The notes beneath the pieces are model-generated. The model saw only the letters and a program-made list of their open reading frames with translations. It was not told the origin of the DNA and did not search any database. The position numbers and the translations under genes were made by a program. From Synechocystis sp. PCC 6803 substr. PCC-P (GTDB lineage: Bacteria; Cyanobacteriota; Cyanobacteriia; Cyanobacteriales; Microcystaceae), in assembly GCF_000284455.1 (NCBI RefSeq), contig NC_017039.1, positions 1,920,001 to 1,952,000 on the forward strand: a stretch of DNA of 32,000 nucleotides, written 5' to 3'. Below, in pieces: positions 26,353 to 32,000 of this stretch; position 1 is the stretch's first letter; each line of letters opens with the position of its first letter.

Positions 26353-27852
26353 CTACATTTGGGGGGGCTCTCCCAGTACCACATCGGCGTAGGCTTCCCG
26401 CAGTAGGTGATTGGCCCATTGTTGAACGTCGTAACGCTTAATGGCGGCGTACATTCTCCCCATGCGTTTTTTCTGTTCGTCTTTGTCCATGGCCAGGGCC
26501 TGGTCAATGGATTCGTCCATACGGCTGGAAGCGTAGGGGTTAGTCAACACCGCATCGGGTAGTTCCACCGCACAACCGGCAAATTCCGAGAGGATCAGAA
26601 CTCCTTCTTCGCCATTTTTAGCCACCACATACTCCTTAGCCACCAGGTTTAGCCCATCCCGCAGGGGAGTGATCCAGGCAATGTCGGCGGCACAGAACAG
26701 GGCAATGAGCTCCTCATAGGCTAAAGGAGAGGTGAACAGCATCACTGGTGTCCAGGACAGTTTGGCAAAGCGACCGTTAATTTTCCCTGCCAGTCGTTCA
26801 ATTTCGTTTTGGGCGTTGCGATAAATACGCATTCCCTCAGCGGCCTTGGCTACGGGGACTACCAGGCTAATTTCCCCCTGCAATTCGGGGCGACGCTCCA
26901 GTAGACGTTCATAGCACATCAACATTTCCTTGGTGCCCTTCACGTAATCCACCCGCCCAGCGGAAACAATTAGCCTCTTACCGCCTAAATCTTGTTTAAT
27001 TTCAGCAACTTTTTGTTGCACACTTTCTTTGGCCACGATCGCCCGGATATTTGCCGGATTGGTGCCCACGGGAAACGCATCGAGGTTAATGAGGCGATCG
27101 CCATAACGCAACTGGGTGGTGAGTTCCGGTTCCGCCAGGGCCGTACCGTAGGGGGTAAAGGCTTGGTCTACCACAACCCGTCTGGTGATTTCCACCGGCT
27201 TGAGACTACGGGCCACGGCGACAAAATTTTCTACGTAGCGGGGAATATGAAAACCACAGAGATCACAGGCCAGCAAGCTTTCTACGATCGCCTCCCGCCA
27301 GGGCAAAATATTGAAAATATCAACGCTGGGGAAGGGGGTGTGGTGGAAAAAGGCAATCTTGGCGTTGGGCTTGAGCTGACGAATGTAAAGGGGCGCTAAC
27401 CAGAGGTTATAGTCGTGGACCCAAAACAATGCATTGTCATCGGCATCGGCACAGGCCGCCTCGGCAAATAAGCGGTTAATGTGCTGAAAATTATCCCAAT
27501 CAGAAGAATCGTAGGTGAACTGCCAGGGGAAAGAGTGGAGAATGGGCCAAAAGGCTTCCTTGGAAGTGATGTGATAGAAGTTTTTTACCTGCTCCGCCGT
27601 CAGGGGCACCCGGCGCACCGTACAACGATCGCCAAGGCCTTCAATGGACATATCCGCCTGAAAATCATCCTTTTGCTTCGGCGAAACCTGTTTCCATGCG
27701 ACCCAGGTGCTCTGTTCCGCATCGGCAAAAAAACTTTTGAGGGTGGGCAAAATCCCGTTGGGACTCTTTTTCTCTCGATACACCGTTTTGCCATTTTCCC
27801 TAACTTCGTCGTAGGGCTCACGGTGGTAAAGGATCACAAGGGATGAATTCAT
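26353..27852 (-). CDS. ggpS: Glucosylglycerol-phosphate synthase
   Basis: Trehalose-6-phosphate-synthase-like GT20 protein (WVHDYNLWLAPLYIRQLKPNAKIAFFHHTPFP, LIVSAGRVDYVKGTKEMLMCYERLL), beside glpD, gghA and glpK, and characteristic of GgpS. Start MNSSLVILYHREPYDE. Confidence 0.9.
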   Translation of the reverse strand: MNSSLVILYHREPYDEVRENGKTVYREKKSPNGILPTLKSFFADAEQSTWVAWKQVSPKQKDDFQADMSIEGLGDRCTVRRVPLTAEQVKNFYHITSKEAFWPILHSFPWQFTYDSSDWDNFQHINRLFAEAACADADDNALFWVHDYNLWLAPLYIRQLKPNAKIAFFHHTPFPSVDIFNILPWREAIVESLLACDLCGFHIPRYVENFVAVARSLKPVEITRRVVVDQAFTPYGTALAEPELTTQLRYGDRLINLDAFPVGTNPANIRAIVAKESVQQKVAEIKQDLGGKRLIVSAGRVDYVKGTKEMLMCYERLLERRPELQGEISLVVPVAKAAEGMRIYRNAQNEIERLAGKINGRFAKLSWTPVMLFTSPLAYEELIALFCAADIAWITPLRDGLNLVAKEYVVAKNGEEGVLILSEFAGCAVELPDAVLTNPYASSRMDESIDQALAMDKDEQKKRMGRMYAAIKRYDVQQWANHLLREAYADVVLGEPPQM

Positions 27853-27963
27853 AAAATCAGCGGTCTCCAAAATCAAGAATCAAACAAAGTAACTATTGGG
27901 TTAGTCTAGTACGGCTAATGCACCCGACTTCCCGGAACCCAAGTTAATTCCCGCCGGGGCATT

Positions 27964-28080
27964 TTAGTACGTTGAATAAAACTTTTCACCGCTAATATCG
28001 GTACAGAAAAATTGATTACGTCCTGGGCGAGTCCACAGACATCGCGTTCCCCTGTGGGGGCAATTACGGTAACGGCTCAT
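27964..28080 (-). CDS. 38-aa small ORF in the ggpS leader; candidate GgpR regulator
   Basis: Manual translation: MSRYRNCPHRGTRCLWTRPGRNQFFCTDISGEKFYSTY*. Basic, four Cys, same strand as ggpS, with an in-frame stop just upstream of the ATG. Confidence 0.4.
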   Translation of the reverse strand: MSRYRNCPHRGTRCLWTRPGRNQFFCTDISGEKFYSTY

Positions 28081-28640
28081 AAATCTTTGTTAAAGATTAC
28101 TTAACCCGTCAGTAAAATGCCGTAACACTAATTACCTTTTCCCCTTACTCCAGAGGAGAACAGCAGCGGCAAGCCACCAATCTCTGGTTTTTGGAAAGCC
28201 GCCCCTGGACTATGGAAAAAGTAGTTACTTGTTAAGTATAGTAACAGAAAAAGCTTTTCTGGCAAGATTTCTGCTTCTGGAGTTGGGGGTATCCTCTGGA
28301 AATTTACCCGTCGATTGCGGTAAATTCTATTTTTTTTGTTAACCTTAAAACTATTGCCATGGGCAGGGTAAATTGATTTTTTCTTGTTGTTTGATCCCAT
28401 TTTCCAGTCTTTTTGACTTCCATTCAGTCAGGATAATTTTTGCAGTTTTTTTATGGAGTTTTGATAACATTGAGCTTTGCCCCCGGCGATCGCCTAGGGA
28501 TAAACAATAAACGTGTGAACTAATATGCCTGGATTTATCCCTGGATTGACATTGTTTTTGCCCCCCTAAGTCAGCAATGACAGAGTTGAAAATCCCTTAC
28601 TCCCCAGCAATTTCAGCTTATTTTGAGCTTATTTTTCAGT

Positions 28641-31298
28641 ATGAAAACATTGAATCGTATCCATCTGGTCGAAGAAGAAACAGAAAAACTAATGGCTTGG
28701 GCCCGGAGTGTCACGGAATCGCCGGAGAACTATTTCCAAGCGGCCCGGGAAGTGGTGAAAAAATTGGGGGGCCATTACCAAGGGGATGGCCTAACCCAAG
28801 TGGGATTTTGGGTGCCCCGGTTAGCGGGGGAAGGGGCTTTTACTGAAAAGTTAATTTACCTAGAGGTGTTTACGCCCCTGGGGGAGATTGATTTCCAAGC
28901 GCCGGAACAAACTGGCTTGTTTCGTTGGGAAAGGATTGAATTGCCGCAACAGGGGGAATTTGTTTGGGCTGTGCTGTCGGGGATGCGGCCAGGCACCAGA
29001 GATCAAGCTGGTTCTTTCTATTGGTTGCGCTATTACGATTCCATTTTGTCCAACACGTTGGTCATCCGTGATCCCCTGACCTATTCCCTGCCCTACGGTG
29101 TTTTTGCCCCAGCGGAACTGTACGATGTGGAAAAAATGCAGAGGGAACGGGCGGATTTAGATTATTTACGGCGATCGGCTGCCCTGAACCATTGCCAAGA
29201 AAATCCTGAAAATGTCTTTGATCCGGAGCAGCTTAAGGCCCAGCGGGCGGCGGTGCTTAACCCGGCCATTCCTGTGGATCAAAATTTGCATCCCGATGAA
29301 GACAGCGAAGCGGCCATTTGTCGGGTGGGGGCCATGGCCAATATTTTGCAGATCCACATCAATACCGCTTCCCCGGAAGGCACCCTGGTGGGACTCACTA
29401 AAATTTACCAACGGCTGGGGGAAAAAATTCTCCGGCACGAACCCCTCAGCGACGCGGAACAGAATTATTTGGGCTACGACGCCATCCAACTATTGCCCAT
29501 CGAACCCACCATTGAATATCGCCTGGAAGATTTCAACCAAGACCACGAATTTTTCTCCATTGCCGGGGAAGAGGTGGAGGAAATAGAAGTGGAAGAAGGG
29601 GCTGTGGTGGTGGAAGAGAAAATCAAAGTTACCCTCCGCAAACCCAATACCCAAAATTGGGGCTATGACGTGCCCATTCTCGGTTCCGGAGCCACTAATC
29701 CTGCGGTGTTAGGTACTTTGCGCCCGGATGAATTGGTGGACTTGATTGCCACGTTGCACAATTTTCCCAGCGGCCCCATTCAGGTAATTTACGATTTGGT
29801 CTATGGCCATGCCGATAACCAGGCGTTGGAATTGCTCAATCGGCAATATTTTAAAGGCCCCAATATGTACGGCCAGGATTTGAACCATCAGTTGCCCATT
29901 GTTCGGGCCATTTTGTTGGAAATGCAACGGCGCAAAATTAATACCGGAGCCGACGGTATTCGGGTGGATGGGGGCCAGGATTTCCGCTTTTTTAATCCCC
30001 TCACGGGACGGGTGGAACAGGACGATGCCTATTTATTAGCTATGAGCGATGTGGTGCAGGAAATCCAAGGTTGTAAACGGTTACTGTTCACTATTTTTGA
30101 AGATGGCCGTCCCTGGCCCGAAGACGGTTGGGAAGAGAAATCCACCTATAGGGAGTTAATTGAGCTGCGGCCGGAATCCTACCAGTGGGGTCCCCTAATT
30201 TTTGCCCATAACACCCCCTCCCTCAAGGGTTTTTGGCAACGGAAATGGGAACGGGTTTGTGAGGTGATGTACAAAGGCGATCGGTGGATCACTGGCTGTG
30301 GTAACCACGATACGGTGCGCCGGGGTAACCAAATTGACCACCATAACTCGGAAATTAACTGGAATTTGGGCACAACTTTGCCGGAAGTGTTGCACAATGC
30401 CTACGACAATCCGGCCACCTTATTGTGGGTCTATGGTTTTTGCCCGGGCTTACCGATGGATTTTTTAAATGCCATGATGCACAGTCCCTGGGGGTTTTTC
30501 CGCAACACCGATGAACGCTATGGCGTGAAAGTAGCTTTTGAAGAAGCGGGTTTTCTCGATTGGCAAATTTCCCCGGAGTTATACCAGCACCCCCAACTAT
30601 TTCCCCAACTAAAGGCCCTGGGTTTTAAAGATTTGGCACTGTTGCAACGGTTTATGAAGGCAGTGGCCGATGCCATGGTGAAAAAAGATTTTCAGCTCGA
30701 AGCGGTAGCTAAGGCCTGTCGCCATTGTTTGGGCTATGAGCCTGAGGAAGATGGGGACGCGGCGGCCTGTGATCTGGAATTACTCAGTCAGTTTAAACAT
30801 GCCGAACAACCGGAATTTGTTACCCGTTTGGATGTGCCGAAGTTGAAAAAATTTGCTAGGGCTTTTATGGAAGATGGCCACGAAGCTTGTCGGGTATCCT
30901 ATCATTTCGACCAAGTGGACCCAGAAAGAAGTCGTTTTAACTTGGCATTGCGCAATTACCGACGGCAACATCCCTGGTTACACCACAATCTCCAAGACGG
31001 CGATCGCTTTAACCGCATCCATGAAAATGACCACACTCTTTTTTATGGTCTCAGGACTAACCCCGCCACAGCCCACAGTGATGATCCTGAAAAGGTGGTG
31101 ATGGTGACCCATATGGAGGGAGATCCTGCCATTGTTACCTTGGGGGACTGGTTACAACTGGATTTGCAGGAATGGGAAGTGGCGATCGCCACCCCGGGGG
31201 TGAATGTGGATTCCACGGCGGATTCGTTACGGGTGTTTGAGTTGCGGGATGGCCAGGGTGTGATTTTGCGCAACAGTCGCTCGAAGAAGGAATGCTAG
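28641..31298 (+). CDS. gghA: Glucosylglycerol hydrolase (GH13-like)
   Basis: Alpha-amylase-like barrel motifs (GADGIRVDGGQDFRFF, ITGCGNHDTVRRGNQIDHH, LLWVYGFCPGLPMDFLNAMMHSPWGFFRNTDERYG) and genomic context with ggpS/glpK. Start MKTLNRIHLVEEETEK. Confidence 0.85.
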   Translation: MKTLNRIHLVEEETEKLMAWARSVTESPENYFQAAREVVKKLGGHYQGDGLTQVGFWVPRLAGEGAFTEKLIYLEVFTPLGEIDFQAPEQTGLFRWERIELPQQGEFVWAVLSGMRPGTRDQAGSFYWLRYYDSILSNTLVIRDPLTYSLPYGVFAPAELYDVEKMQRERADLDYLRRSAALNHCQENPENVFDPEQLKAQRAAVLNPAIPVDQNLHPDEDSEAAICRVGAMANILQIHINTASPEGTLVGLTKIYQRLGEKILRHEPLSDAEQNYLGYDAIQLLPIEPTIEYRLEDFNQDHEFFSIAGEEVEEIEVEEGAVVVEEKIKVTLRKPNTQNWGYDVPILGSGATNPAVLGTLRPDELVDLIATLHNFPSGPIQVIYDLVYGHADNQALELLNRQYFKGPNMYGQDLNHQLPIVRAILLEMQRRKINTGADGIRVDGGQDFRFFNPLTGRVEQDDAYLLAMSDVVQEIQGCKRLLFTIFEDGRPWPEDGWEEKSTYRELIELRPESYQWGPLIFAHNTPSLKGFWQRKWERVCEVMYKGDRWITGCGNHDTVRRGNQIDHHNSEINWNLGTTLPEVLHNAYDNPATLLWVYGFCPGLPMDFLNAMMHSPWGFFRNTDERYGVKVAFEEAGFLDWQISPELYQHPQLFPQLKALGFKDLALLQRFMKAVADAMVKKDFQLEAVAKACRHCLGYEPEEDGDAAACDLELLSQFKHAEQPEFVTRLDVPKLKKFARAFMEDGHEACRVSYHFDQVDPERSRFNLALRNYRRQHPWLHHNLQDGDRFNRIHENDHTLFYGLRTNPATAHSDDPEKVVMVTHMEGDPAIVTLGDWLQLDLQEWEVAIATPGVNVDSTADSLRVFELRDGQGVILRNSRSKKEC

Positions 31299-31350
31299 GG
31301 CCAACCAGAGCAAGGATTTTTTTTGATTAATTTTTCGGAGGTTACCGTCT

Positions 31351-32000
31351 ATGACAGCAAAACATAATCAGTATGTAATGGCCCTGGATTTGGGCACCAC
31401 CGGCAATCGAGCTATTTTGTTTGATTACGAAGGCAATATTGTCGGGCAAGCTTACAAAGAGTTAACCCAGTTCTATCCCAAGGCTGGCTGGGTGGAGCAC
31501 GATGCCCTGGAAATCTGGCGGGATACGAAAACAGTCATGCAGGAAGTGGTGCAAAAAACCGCTATCCAACCCCAACAAATTGTGGCGATCGGTCTAACGG
31601 TGCAACGGGAAACGTGTTTGCTCTGGGATAAGACCACTGGCCAACCCCTCCATCCGGCAATTGTCTGGCAGGATCGACGCACTGCTCACTTTTGTGGAGA
31701 ATTAACCGCGGCGGGCTACGTGGACGAAATTTATGAGCGCACCGGCCTCGTGTTAGATGCCTATTTTTCGGGCACCAAACTCCATTGGTTATTGGATTGG
31801 GTTAAACAGAGTAAGAGTGTCGATCCAGCTAATCTGTTGGCGGGCACCATTGATAGCTGGGCCCTCTGGAACTTAACTGGGGGTAAAGTACACCGCACGG
31901 ACCACAGCAATGCTAGCCGTACTATGGTGCTCAATTTAGACAGCCTCATCTGGGATGAAAAGCTGTTGGATTTATTCACCATTCCCGCCCAGATTATGCC
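31351..32000 (+). CDS. glpK: Glycerol kinase, 3'-truncated by the window edge
   Basis: Manual translation: MTAKHNQYVMALDLGTTGNRAILFDYEGNIVGQAYKELTQFYPKAGWVEHDALEIWRDT..., an FGGY kinase N-terminus, with an upstream GGAGG. Confidence 0.95.
   Translation, partial: MTAKHNQYVMALDLGTTGNRAILFDYEGNIVGQAYKELTQFYPKAGWVEHDALEIWRDTKTVMQEVVQKTAIQPQQIVAIGLTVQRETCLLWDKTTGQPLHPAIVWQDRRTAHFCGELTAAGYVDEIYERTGLVLDAYFSGTKLHWLLDWVKQSKSVDPANLLAGTIDSWALWNLTGGKVHRTDHSNASRTMVLNLDSLIWDEKLLDLFTIPAQIM

Noticed and set aside
26992-27399. 135-aa plus-strand ORF opposite ggpS
   Set aside because: Antisense to conserved GgpS sequence with no independent support.
28128-28400. 90-aa minus-strand ORF upstream of ggpS
   Set aside because: Not listed as a feature: poor coding character and no motif. 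It is mentioned in findings because it is an alternative candidate for the small regulator gene.
1-32000. tRNA, rRNA, prophage or classical multi-gene defence operon
   Set aside because: No tRNA or rRNA sequence, phage structural genes, restriction-modification, reverse transcriptase or effector-module motifs were recognised in the ORFs or gaps read.

Overview
This is a cyanobacterial chromosomal window. The protein set and the dense HIP1 octamers (GCGATCGC) point to Synechocystis, PCC 6803-like. Most of it is ordinary core genome: purD (partial), nrdA, sat, a family-4 glycosyltransferase (cyanopterin-glucosyltransferase-like), chlP, a glycerol-dehydrogenase-like protein, a glutathione peroxidase, a sodium:solute symporter, an ABC-2 permease, and a glucosylglycerol/glycerol-3-phosphate block (glpD, ggpS, gghA, partial glpK). 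I do not see a convincing complete, previously undescribed multi-gene system. The observations most worth a second look are: (a) a decayed IS630-family element whose terminal inverted repeat appears as four perfect 17-bp tandem copies, abutting a truncated rpiB-like gene; (b) two toxin-antitoxin-type loci with truncated neighbours, namely a PIN/antitoxin pair behind a 43-aa KAP-NTPase-like remnant and a DUF433 antitoxin followed by a 21-aa DUF5615-like stub; (c) small ORFs below the ORF-track cutoff, including one in the ggpS leader that is a candidate for the published GgpR regulator; (d) an unusual deaminase-like protein, a double ABM domain-membrane fusion, and an OprB-like porin with an Asp/His-rich N-terminal segment. 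Family assignments come from recognised motifs, not database searches.
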